Source of the DNA: Candidatus Multivoradales bacterium
GTDB lineage: Bacteria; Acidobacteriota; Thermoanaerobaculia; Multivoradales; JAHEKO01
DNA: 64,000 nucleotides
Direction: 5' to 3'
Assembly: GCA_965223855.1 (NCBI GenBank)
Contig: CBDCXM010000002.1
Span: 64,001 to 128,000 of the forward strand
Positions 1-8,244 of the stretch are shown here, one piece after another. A program made the position numbers and the translations under genes. The notes beneath the pieces were generated by a model. That model worked only from the letters and a program-made list of their open reading frames with translations, ran no database searches and was not told the origin of the DNA. Numbering within the stretch: position 1 is the stretch's first letter; the number at the start of each line of letters is the position of its first letter.

Positions 1-799
1 TGTTGGGGCTGCGAACGAAGCGGGTGCGGTTGAGCAGGTGAGTGAGCTCATGAACCAGCACCGAGGTCAGTTCGGAGCGCTTGTAGTTGCCGCTGTGGAG
101 GGCGGCCAGCGTGTTGTCCGCGTGCCCGTCGGCACCCAGTCCGACGACCTTGCCCTTGGCATCGGCGAAGGCGCGATAGTCGACCTCGCGCCGGTAGAGC
201 ACGATCGGCGCCAGGTTCTCTATCTTCGGCTCGAGGCCGAATCTGGCGCGATAGACCTCAGGCAGGAGCCGTGCCACCTTGTCGAGGTGGTCGAGGAGGT
301 CGTCGTTGTCGATGTCGGTGTGGAGGGGCCAGCGGCCGAGCGTGGTCCGACGACGGTTCTCCGACTGCAGGTGGGCGCGCGCCTCCGCGAGCCGTGCCGC
401 TCGCTCCTCGACCGGGTCGGGCCCGACGAGGATCTTCTGCGCCGCGACCGGCAACGGGGTCGAGGCCTCCGGTCGGGGCTCTCCCGAGGGCGCGACCCAG
501 CCCAGCAGATCGCCGTAGCGGATCCGCACCCAGGGACCCTGGCGCTCGAGCACAGGCAGAACGAGCGTTTCGGGGAGGATCGACAACCGGGCGGCCCGGC
601 TGTCGGGGTGGGATCGCAGCGGTGTTTCCGCCGGGACGCTCACCGCCTCCTGGTCGAGATCGACGGGGGAGAAGGCCGCCCGGCTGCCGTGGACCCGCTC
701 ACCGGGGTCCTGCTGTGTTGACTCCTCCAGCTCCTGCCGCGACTCGGCGGCAGCCGCCGTGGCCGCGAGGATGAGGGTCGCCGCGGCGAGCCGTCTCAC
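1..799 (-). CDS. Secreted zinc metallopeptidase-like protein with SH3-like segment (partial, runs off the left edge)
   Basis: Not in the ORF track. Hand translation from GTG 799 (GTGA overlap with the upstream stop) gives signal peptide MRRLAAATLILAATAAAA, SH3b-like VLERQGPWVRIRYGDLLGWV and the HExxH motif LVHELTHLL at nt 52-38. Confidence 0.75.
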   Translation of the reverse strand, partial: MRRLAAATLILAATAAAAESRQELEESTQQDPGERVHGSRAAFSPVDLDQEAVSVPAETPLRSHPDSRAARLSILPETLVLPVLERQGPWVRIRYGDLLGWVAPSGEPRPEASTPLPVAAQKILVGPDPVEERAARLAEARAHLQSENRRRTTLGRWPLHTDIDNDDLLDHLDKVARLLPEVYRARFGLEPKIENLAPIVLYRREVDYRAFADAKGKVVGLGADGHADNTLAALHSGNYKRSELTSVLVHELTHLLNRTRFVRSPN

Positions 800-2070
800 G
801 AGCCGGCGAGTCGGACGCCGGGCAGCTCGGCCGCCAGGGAGACCTCGGGCGGCTGGAAGTCCCCTTCGACCCAGACGATGCGTTGCGACTCGAGGTGTTT
901 GGTCAGCCGGCGAGTCTCCCGCTCGAGCCTGGCGAGGGTCGAGACGTCCGCCGCCGCGCCCCAGGGCGTTTCGATCGCTCCGGCGGTGCTCCAAACCAGC
1001 AACGGCACCCGCAACGAACGCAGGTAGGTGCGTACACTCTCTGCCGAGTGGCGACTGTGATCGGCGGCGTCTTCGCCGACCAGCAGCACGACGGCCCGTC
1101 GATGGCCGCTCGCCGAGATGTTGACGCCTGCGACCGCCACCGCGTCGGAGAGCCTCTGCATCGGATCGGGGACCCGGGGATCGCGCGCGCGGGTCAGCCA
1201 CCACATCAGGCCGCCGTCGCTCGGCGAGAGGATGCGGGGCGCGAAGAGCTGGATGTCCACGCCGGTGCGGATTCTGCGTTCGGCGACCGGGCGCAGGAAC
1301 TGCAGCGAGTAGTCCTTCTTGAGCGGTGCCGCCCAGCGGAAGGAGTCGCGGCTCTTGCGGGCGATCTTGTCCAGGGCGGTCTGCGTCGCCTGATCACGGA
1401 CGAGCACCACGGCCGCCGGGCCGCTCACGACGTCGATGACGTCCAGCGTCTGCCCGTTCGCCTCCAGCCATCCGCCGCGGGCGGGAGGGCGGACACCCTT
1501 GTCCAGCCTCAACGGTACGGCCGTCAGTTCGCTGTTGACGGTTCCGGTGAACGCGCCACCGAAGGTGCGCTCCACCACGCGACTGAGATTGTCCGAGAAC
1601 TGGACTTCGACCTTGAGGTAGTGGAGCTGCTTCGGGTCGTGCGGCGGCAGGGTGATCGAGCTGGGATCGAGGGCGGGAATCTCGATGCCGTCGAAGCTGG
1701 CCCGGACGCTCTTCGGCGTCTCGCTCTCGACACTCTCCCAGCTCAGGTGAGCCGTCATGACGCCGTCCTCTCCTTCCGTGAGAAGGAGCTGGACGTCGGC
1801 CGGAGGGTGGGGGAGGTTGAGCCACTGCCGGGTTCTGCCGAGTTCCACACCGGCATCGTCGTAGGCGACCGCCTCGAGCCGTTTCGGCTCGAGCCGCTCG
1901 CCCAGGTCGCAGGTGACTCGCCATGGGGCGTCCGCGATCTCGGCCACGATGCGGCCGTCGAGGAGAAGCTCGATGCCGGCGACCTCGTTGCCGACCAGAA
2001 CCTCGATCTCCTGAGGCCCGACGACGAGGCCCAGAAACAGCGAGGCGAACGCAACCACGTCTCTGGTCAA
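796..2070 (-). CDS. Hypothetical protein with Ig-like N-terminal region and degenerate VWA-like C-terminus
   Basis: 424-aa ORF with globular composition; C-terminal RRAVVLLVG...VPLLVW resembles VWA strands. Start uncertain. Confidence 0.65.
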   Translation of the reverse strand: MTRDVVAFASLFLGLVVGPQEIEVLVGNEVAGIELLLDGRIVAEIADAPWRVTCDLGERLEPKRLEAVAYDDAGVELGRTRQWLNLPHPPADVQLLLTEGEDGVMTAHLSWESVESETPKSVRASFDGIEIPALDPSSITLPPHDPKQLHYLKVEVQFSDNLSRVVERTFGGAFTGTVNSELTAVPLRLDKGVRPPARGGWLEANGQTLDVIDVVSGPAAVVLVRDQATQTALDKIARKSRDSFRWAAPLKKDYSLQFLRPVAERRIRTGVDIQLFAPRILSPSDGGLMWWLTRARDPRVPDPMQRLSDAVAVAGVNISASGHRRAVVLLVGEDAADHSRHSAESVRTYLRSLRVPLLVWSTAGAIETPWGAAADVSTLARLERETRRLTKHLESQRIVWVEGDFQPPEVSLAAELPGVRLAGS

Positions 2071-2168
2071 GGTGCTCTCATCAGGTAGACCTTCGTAGCT
2101 TCCTACCCCGAGAGGGCGCCCCGGTATTCCAGGAGGGCCTCGAGGTGAACAGCGCTATGATAGCGGGC

Positions 2169-3008
2169 GTGTCGAACGTCGAGTCCGTCGCGGTTTCACG
2201 GCTTCTCTGCGGCCTTTTCTTGGCGGTTGCAACCGCCGGCCCGGGAGAGGGCGATGTCGTCGAACTCGCCAACGGGAACCGTTTCGAGGACGTCGTCGCC
2301 ACCGTCGAGGGTGAGACAGTGCGGATCGAATTCGCCTTCGGGGAGATGAGCGTGCCGAAGTCCTCGGTGTCGGGAATCCTCGACGACACCTCTCCCATCG
2401 AGCGATTCCTCTCCGAGTTCGAGCGGCTCGAGCGCTCGCCGGCCGGGTCGGCGGAGGACTGGTGGGAGTTGGCCAGGGAGGCACGAGAGGCCGGGTTGGA
2501 CAGCGCCTATCGTCGTGCTCTCTCGAGAGCTGCCGATCTCGACCCGCGACTGGGAGCGATCCAGGGGGCGATGAAGGAACTCGGCAGGATCTTCGACCCG
2601 GTCGAGCAACGATGGACCGACAGGCCACCGCAGCGCCCGGCCATGACCGCCGCCGAGGCGGAGAGGTCGCCAGGATTCGAGAGCCGCGCTGCGGAACGGA
2701 ACAGGGCTGAAAGGGAGCGCCTCCTCGAAGCGATCGAGCTTCTGGCGCTGGCACAGCTCGTGGAGCAACTCGAGAAGAGAGAGAGCTCACCGCCTCCAGC
2801 CCCAGCTCCTGCGATCCAGTTCGTCGGCGCTGTCGGTGGCTACGGCTTCGTGCCCACCGCACACAATCGCGAGGTGGTGGAGCAACTGACCCGGCGGCAG
2901 CCCGGGAGCCTGCTGCCGGTCGTCTCCCCGGTCCGATCGTCGGCGGGAGCAGACGGCAGGAGACCGCCCGCCCGCAACCGATCCTCGTTGCGAAGATCCG
3001 ATCGGTGA
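2169..3008 (+). CDS. Secreted hypothetical protein
   Basis: Signal-like LLCGLFLAVATAG followed by DVVELANGNRFE, a common periplasmic small beta-domain start. GTG 2169 lies 7 nt after TATGAT. Confidence 0.65.
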   Translation: MSNVESVAVSRLLCGLFLAVATAGPGEGDVVELANGNRFEDVVATVEGETVRIEFAFGEMSVPKSSVSGILDDTSPIERFLSEFERLERSPAGSAEDWWELAREAREAGLDSAYRRALSRAADLDPRLGAIQGAMKELGRIFDPVEQRWTDRPPQRPAMTAAEAERSPGFESRAAERNRAERERLLEAIELLALAQLVEQLEKRESSPPPAPAPAIQFVGAVGGYGFVPTAHNREVVEQLTRRQPGSLLPVVSPVRSSAGADGRRPPARNRSSLRRSDR

Positions 3009-3480
3009 AGTGGACCTCGCGGTCTCTACGATCGCGGAATCTCGAGGGCACGAGCGCCATCGGAGGGAGGCAGCGGGACGGGTAGGGAAGAAGCGTGGCC
3101 GGGAGGTGTGGCGCCAGGGTACACAAAGTTTTTCGCGAGGTCTCGGGGAGTAAGGTCGAGCAGGAGTCCACTGACTGACCCGGCCGGTCACCCGGTTGTT
3201 GCGCTCGGTTCGGACCGAGCGGCTGCTGCCCGGTCCGTGAGAACGCTCCCCGGTCCGATCGTCGGCGGGAGCAGACGGCAGCGAGTACCGCCCTTCGGGC
3301 TCCGCCGTAGAGCTTCCCCGTAATCGACTTCGCCGCGAAGGCCCGATCCTCGTTGCGACGGCTGGCTAGATCCTCCGACTGTCGGTGAAGTGGACGCCTC
3401 GACGGTCGTCTACGATCGCGGAATCTCGAGGGCACGACCCGCGCATGGCATCGGGAGCTTCGGGCAGGCAGCGTGGAGCT
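2861..3480. repeat. Imperfect duplication: 2861-3075 reappears at 3121-3480 interrupted by many insertions
   Basis: Shared collinear blocks include ctccccggtccgatcgtcggcgggagcagacggcag, ccgatcctcgttgcga, tcggtgaagtggac and tctacgatcgcggaatctcgagggcacga. Confidence 0.85.
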
Positions 3481-4760
3481 TTGTCACGAAACTCCCACCA
3501 TCCGCGAGTCGCTCGAAGAAGCGTCGGCCAGCTTTGCCATGTTGAAAGTATGCGTGAGAACACCATCATTGTCAAGCATAATTTCACCATGTTTTGAGCG
3601 TCCCGTGCTACCGTCCAAGCACAACCTGGCGCTTCCCGCAGGGTACCCGCCGGATCGGGCCTTGTCAACACGGAAACCGTTCCTCGTCACGAAGATCCGG
3701 ATCGCTCGACTCGTCCAGTGCGATGAGGCCAAAGACGAGTCCGGTCCACGCGAAAGGGTCGCCACCACTCTAGGTCGAGATCGCGAAGTCGATCGTCCGC
3801 TCCGTTGTCGGTGTCCGCCTTCTTCGGCTTCTGCGCGCCGGCGAGAGCGGCGGGGCGGTTCGCCTGCCATCAGCTGAGTCGCTCACCTCAGATCCCGATG
3901 TCCTCGGCACCGCCTTCAGGAGCGTGCTCCCCGAGACGAGGCAGCTGGGCTGGGGTGGGTTCAAGTCCAGCGCTGACCTCCTGCCGGCTACGGTTTCCGG
4001 TCAACGCTCGCAAGATGGCGGTTTCTATCCCCAGGGTAGCGGCCAGCCCGGGAAGACGCTCTTGTCGCCATTGTGACGCCGTTCGAAGTTGTTCAGCTGG
4101 TTCCGGAACGTGCCCCAAGGGATGTACGCTGCCGTCGTGTCCTTCGTCCTGTGCCGCGCCGATTACACTCGCGTGTAACGGCACTCGTCAAGCCATCTCT
4201 TGGAGGGTTCCTGCGGTGTTAGGGTTCCCTCATGGATCCGACGAAGGTCGTTACCTTCGATCGGTCGAGTCTACCTGATCTCCCGGTCTTCGTCGCGCGA
4301 GGAGGGGCGGGAGCCGCCGATCGGCTTCCGGTCGGGATGATCGAGCGAAGCCAGCGTCGGACTTTGGGCCTTCTTGGCGATCTCGCTGCGGCGGCGCGCA
4401 GAGCGCCCCCGGCCTTTCGTTTGACAGCGACGGGGTCCTTCTCTGGGGGGGCCTGCTTCGGCTTCTGGCCGGTCGCCTCCTGGACAATCTCCCAGGCGCG
4501 GCGGTCTGTTGAACGCGGAGCCAATGCGCTCATTCGTACCGCCACCCCTCCCGGCTCAGGACCCACTACCAGGGTCAGGCCTTGTGAAAGTTTTCACAAA
4601 GTGCTAGAGTCTCCTCATCGTAAGCTCGCAAGAGCTTCTGGGAGGTTCCCCTACCACCACTGGTCCTACCATCTCCCGGTCTTCTCGAGGCCCGGGCATC
4701 TCCAGTACCCCACCCCTTCCCTGGTTCCCCAGGGTCAAGCCAAACAAGCCCCACCCAAAG
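3480..4760. mobile_element. Degraded or garbled insert, possible IS1595/IS1-like remnant
   Basis: Lower GC and no coherent ORF. A minus-strand fragment AWEIVQEATGQKPK..KDPVAVKRKAGG resembles the small basic passenger proteins seen beside such transposases. No intact transposase seen. Confidence 0.3.
4582..4599. promoter_or_regulatory. Palindromic operator TTGTGAA-N4-TTCACAA (Rex-like; also fits CRP-type TGTGA-N6-TCACA)
   Basis: ttgtgaa agtt ttcacaa, immediately followed by an extended -10-like TGcTAGAGT at 4602-4610. Confidence 0.55.
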
Positions 4761-4833
4761 GAACCTCCCGTTTCCTTTCCCTCTCCCACCCGAATCGCCT
4801 TCGAGTGATCACGACCGCAGCGAAACCCGCTCG

Positions 4834-5595
4834 ATGATCGAGCGAAGCGCGCTCGTGACCGGCGGCGCCAGACGGGTCGGGAAGGGCATCGCGGAGGCGC
4901 TGGCTCAGGCCGGCTACGACCTCTGGCTGCACTATCGCTCCTCGCGCCAGGCTGCCGAGAGTACGGCCGCCGAACTGGCGGCGCGCCACGGGGTCAACGT
5001 GCGAACCGTCGATGGCGACCTGGCGGATCCGGAAGCGGTGGAGTCGATCTTCGACCGCGTCGGAGCTCACAGTCCGGGACTCGACCTTCTCGTCAACAGC
5101 GCGGCGAGCTTTCATTCGACCGCGTTCGACGCGGTCGATGCGTCCGCCTGGGACCGTTCGCTCGCGCTCAACGCACGGGCTCCTCATCTATGCACCCGCG
5201 CTGCGCTGCCGCTCCTGAGAGCAGCGGCCGAGCGCGGTGGCTCGGCGGCCGTCGTCAGTATCGGCGACCTTTCGGGGGTTGTACCGTGGCGGGGATTCGT
5301 CGAACACGGCGTCGCCAAGGCGGCGCTCCTGCACTGGACGAAGATCGCGGCGCTCGAGCTGGCACCGCAGATTCGCGTCAACGCCGTCGTGCCCGGAGCC
5401 ATCCTGCCACCGCCCGGTGAGACGCCCGAGTCGGCCGAGTGGCGCTCGCGAGGCGAGGCCCTGCCGGTCGGCAGGTGCGGAGAGCCGCGAGACGTCGGCC
5501 GGGCGGTGCTCTATCTGGCGGAGGCGAGCTTCGTCACCGGTGAGATACTGGCGGTCGACGGGGGAGAGCACCTTCTGGGTAGCACGAAGCGATGA
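4834..5595 (+). CDS. folM: Pteridine reductase-like SDR (FolM/PTR1 family)
   Basis: TGGARRVG, LHYRSS, LVNSAASF, RVNAVVPG and AVDGG motifs; adjacent to a FolB/FolX-family gene. Confidence 0.75.
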   Translation: MIERSALVTGGARRVGKGIAEALAQAGYDLWLHYRSSRQAAESTAAELAARHGVNVRTVDGDLADPEAVESIFDRVGAHSPGLDLLVNSAASFHSTAFDAVDASAWDRSLALNARAPHLCTRAALPLLRAAAERGGSAAVVSIGDLSGVVPWRGFVEHGVAKAALLHWTKIAALELAPQIRVNAVVPGAILPPPGETPESAEWRSRGEALPVGRCGEPRDVGRAVLYLAEASFVTGEILAVDGGEHLLGSTKR

Positions 5596-5626
5596 GCACG
5601 AAGCGATGAGCCAGAAGCGATGAGCA
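5581..5626 (+). repeat. 14-bp tandem repeat (3 copies) across the folM-folX junction
   Basis: agcacgaagcgatg, agcacgaagcgatg, agccagaagcgatg, then agca. Confidence 0.95.
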
Positions 5627-6030
5627 AGACAGCCCGGAACGATTCGCGGGACCGCATTCTGATCAGGGACCTGCGGCTACGGGGCATCATCGGCATCAAC
5701 GACTGGGAGCGGGAGAAGCGGCAGGACATCCTCGTCAATCTGACGCTCTGGGGAGACTTCCGGGAGGCCGGCGCCAGCGACGCCATCGAGGAGACGCTCA
5801 ACTACCGAACGATCACCAAGGAGGTGATCGAGCACGTCGAGAACTCCTCGTACTTCCTGGTCGAGAAACTCGCGACCGAACTCGCCCGCATCTGCGTCGA
5901 GCATGGTGCGGAGCGGGTCGCCGTGCGGATCGAGAAGCCTGGTGCACTTCGATTCGCCGATTCGGTCGGTATCGAGATCGAGCGTCATCGAAAAGACTTC
6001 GAGCAGGGCTCGGAGGGGAATACGCAATGA
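5620..6030 (+). CDS. folB: Dihydroneopterin aldolase / dihydroneopterin triphosphate epimerase (FolB/FolX family)
   Basis: IRDLRLRGIIG..WER...Q, LNYRTITK, LVEKLA and KPGALRFADSVG motifs. LNYRT and ALRFADSV are FolX-like. Confidence 0.85.
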   Translation: MSKTARNDSRDRILIRDLRLRGIIGINDWEREKRQDILVNLTLWGDFREAGASDAIEETLNYRTITKEVIEHVENSSYFLVEKLATELARICVEHGAERVAVRIEKPGALRFADSVGIEIERHRKDFEQGSEGNTQ

Positions 6031-6365
6031 GCTCGATCCAGAGGTTGGAGTCGATCGAGGACCTCGATCGCTTCCTCGACGCCCCGACAGGGCGTTCGTT
6101 GTGGATCTTCAAGCACAGCCTCACCTGCGGCATCTCGACCGCGGCGTGGCGACCGTTCCAGCAGTTCGTCGAGGAGTCCACCGGCGGCGATGCCGCTTGG
6201 GCCGTGATCGAGATGCAGAGCGCGCGGCCGGTCTCGAACGCGGTCGCCGAACGGTTCGGCGTGCGGCACGAGTCGCCTCAGGCACTCCTGGTGAAGGACG
6301 GCGAGGTGCGCTGGCATGCGAGCCACTGGGACATCGATCACGACGCGCTGAGATCGGCGACGTGA
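6027..6365 (+). CDS. ytxJ: Bacillithiol-system redox protein YtxJ/BrxC (DUF2847)
   Basis: FKHSxTCxIS, RHESPQ and WHASH motifs. Confidence 0.85.
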   Translation: MSSIQRLESIEDLDRFLDAPTGRSLWIFKHSLTCGISTAAWRPFQQFVEESTGGDAAWAVIEMQSARPVSNAVAERFGVRHESPQALLVKDGEVRWHASHWDIDHDALRSAT

Positions 6366-6552
6366 CCGCGGTGCCCGCCTGCTGTGCTACGCTTCCCGCG
6401 GTGCTTACCAGTTTCCAGGGTTTCCAAGAGCCGACGGCCTTCGCCGCGCGCTGCACGACCGTCCTGCAGTGAAGCAGTCGCCCGCTCGTCGCGCGTCATG
6501 AGGCGCGCCGTCCGCTCCAAGGTTCCCGCAGCTTCTCAGAAGGAGATGTACC

Positions 6553-7197
6553 ATCCCTAGAAGACGTCGTTGGCGGCCGGAGCCCGTCCAGAAGAAGGAC
6601 AAGTTCCGCATCAATCGCCAGATTCGAAAAAGTCCCGTTCGTCTGATCGACGAGGAGGGCACCCAGGTCGGCGTCATCGACTTGGAGAAGGCGCGTGAGC
6701 GTGCCGAAGAGGCGGGGCTCGACCTCGTCGAAGTGGGGCCCAACGCCGATCCGCCCGTCGTGAGGATTCTCGACTGGGGAAAGCTCAAGTACGAGCAGGA
6801 GAAGAAGGCCCGCGAGTCGCGCAAGAAGCAGCACACGATCGATGTGAAAGAGGTCAAGTACCGACCGAACATCGACGATCACGACTTCGAGATCAAGACG
6901 AATCGCGCGCGGCGGTTCCTGAAGTCCGGCAAGAAGGTCAAGTTCACGGTCTTCTTCCGCTATCGTCAGTTGCGGCGACCCGAGCTCGGCGACGAGGTTC
7001 TGAACCGCGTGACCGAGGAACTCGCGGAGATCGCCACCGTGGAGAGCCGGACCGGCATGGACGGCCGCCGTCTCGTGATGGTGCTGGCGCCGATCGAGAC
7101 GACCGGCACCAAGGAGTCCGACAAGCAGGCTCCGAAGCCACCGAAGAAGAGCAAGGCTCCCCGCAGCGACTCGCCTCCGGCTGAAGCGGCCGGCTGA
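6553..7197 (+). CDS. infC: Translation initiation factor IF-3 with non-canonical ATC start
   Basis: RINRQIR..VRLID, DLVEV, KEVKYRPNIDDHDF and KVK motifs. SD AAGGAG at 6540-6545 precedes the in-frame ATC at 6553. Confidence 0.95.
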   Translation: MPRRRRWRPEPVQKKDKFRINRQIRKSPVRLIDEEGTQVGVIDLEKARERAEEAGLDLVEVGPNADPPVVRILDWGKLKYEQEKKARESRKKQHTIDVKEVKYRPNIDDHDFEIKTNRARRFLKSGKKVKFTVFFRYRQLRRPELGDEVLNRVTEELAEIATVESRTGMDGRRLVMVLAPIETTGTKESDKQAPKPPKKSKAPRSDSPPAEAAG

Positions 7198-7203
7198 GGC
7201 GGG

Positions 7204-8244
7204 CTAGCGGTGGCGGGGCGGGAGGCGCTCCGACTCGATTCCGGCCGCTTCGTAGAGAGCCGCTCGGGTGTAGCTCTCGACCATCGCGGCTCGCCACTGG
7301 GCCTGAAAGTCGGTGTTGTCGAACGGGGTCGCCGGCTTGCGGGCCAGGCGGGCCGCCTCGTCGAGTGCCTCCGCTTCGAGTGTCTTCCCGACGAGAAACT
7401 CGGATGCCTTCTCGGCGAGGAGCGGCCGGGAGCTGACGGCGCCGAGGTAGATCGCCGCTTTCTCGATCACTCCGCCGGCGTCCGTCCACAGGGCGACCGA
7501 GCTCGACAGGACCGCGAAGTCGATCGAGCCGCGCCTCCTCAGCTTCCAGTAGGCGGTGTGGCAACGGTCGGAGGCCGAGTCTCGAGGAATCTCGATCGCC
7601 GTGACGATCTCGTCGTCACGCTTCGTCAGGTAGCGGATCCCGTCGTCGACGAAGAGCTCGGTCAGGGGGAGCTCGCGCTCTCCCTCGACGGAGGCCAACC
7701 GGACCCGGGCGTCGAGGGCGCACAGCATCGGTGCAGAGTCGGAGGCCGAGTGGGCGAGGCAGCGCTTGGAGCCCGGCGCCACCCAGCAGGTCTCCCCGCA
7801 CTCCTTGAGGCAGTAGTCGATCGCCCGCCGCCAGTCCTCGGTCTGGTTGTAGTAGGTACAGCGGGTATCGACACAGACGTTGCCGCCCAGCGTTCCCATG
7901 TGTCGCAGCGGCGGAGACGAGATCGAGCGCACAGCCCGCGCCAGCGCCGGATAGCGCTCGACGACCGCCGGGTCGGTCGCCACCTCGTGGAGAGAGAGAG
8001 TGGCACCGAGCGACAGGTCGCCGTCGCCGTTGCCGACGGAGCCGCTGGCGACCTGGCGCAGCTCCGGCAAGCGCATCAGGCTGATGACGTCGTCGGCCTG
8101 CTGGTGCCGGCGCTTCATGTTGGGCCACAGGTCCGTGCCGCCGGCGACGACGCGAGTGCTGCCGGCGCCGCCGTCGGCGAGGACGCTCGCCGCCTCCTCG
8201 ATCGAGGTCGGCATGTGGAAACGAAACGGCGGCAGGCGCAGCAT
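7204..8244 (-). CDS. hcrB: 4-hydroxybenzoyl-CoA reductase-like FAD/[4Fe-4S] subunit
   Basis: AGGTDL and GTLGGN motifs plus the extra Cys cluster DTRC..NQ..W...YCLK..C......RC typical of HcrB. Confidence 0.8.
   Translation of the reverse strand: MLRLPPFRFHMPTSIEEAASVLADGGAGSTRVVAGGTDLWPNMKRRHQQADDVISLMRLPELRQVASGSVGNGDGDLSLGATLSLHEVATDPAVVERYPALARAVRSISSPPLRHMGTLGGNVCVDTRCTYYNQTEDWRRAIDYCLKECGETCWVAPGSKRCLAHSASDSAPMLCALDARVRLASVEGERELPLTELFVDDGIRYLTKRDDEIVTAIEIPRDSASDRCHTAYWKLRRRGSIDFAVLSSSVALWTDAGGVIEKAAIYLGAVSSRPLLAEKASEFLVGKTLEAEALDEAARLARKPATPFDNTDFQAQWRAAMVESYTRAALYEAAGIESERLPPRHR

Noticed and set aside
2861-3480. Possible CRISPR array or structured ncRNA
   Set aside because: Only two copies, with different blocks rather than one repeat with regular spacers; no cas genes.
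6546-6560. uORF ATG TAC CAT CCC TAG overlapping the infC start
   Set aside because: The ATG directly abuts the SD with no spacing, so initiation is unlikely.
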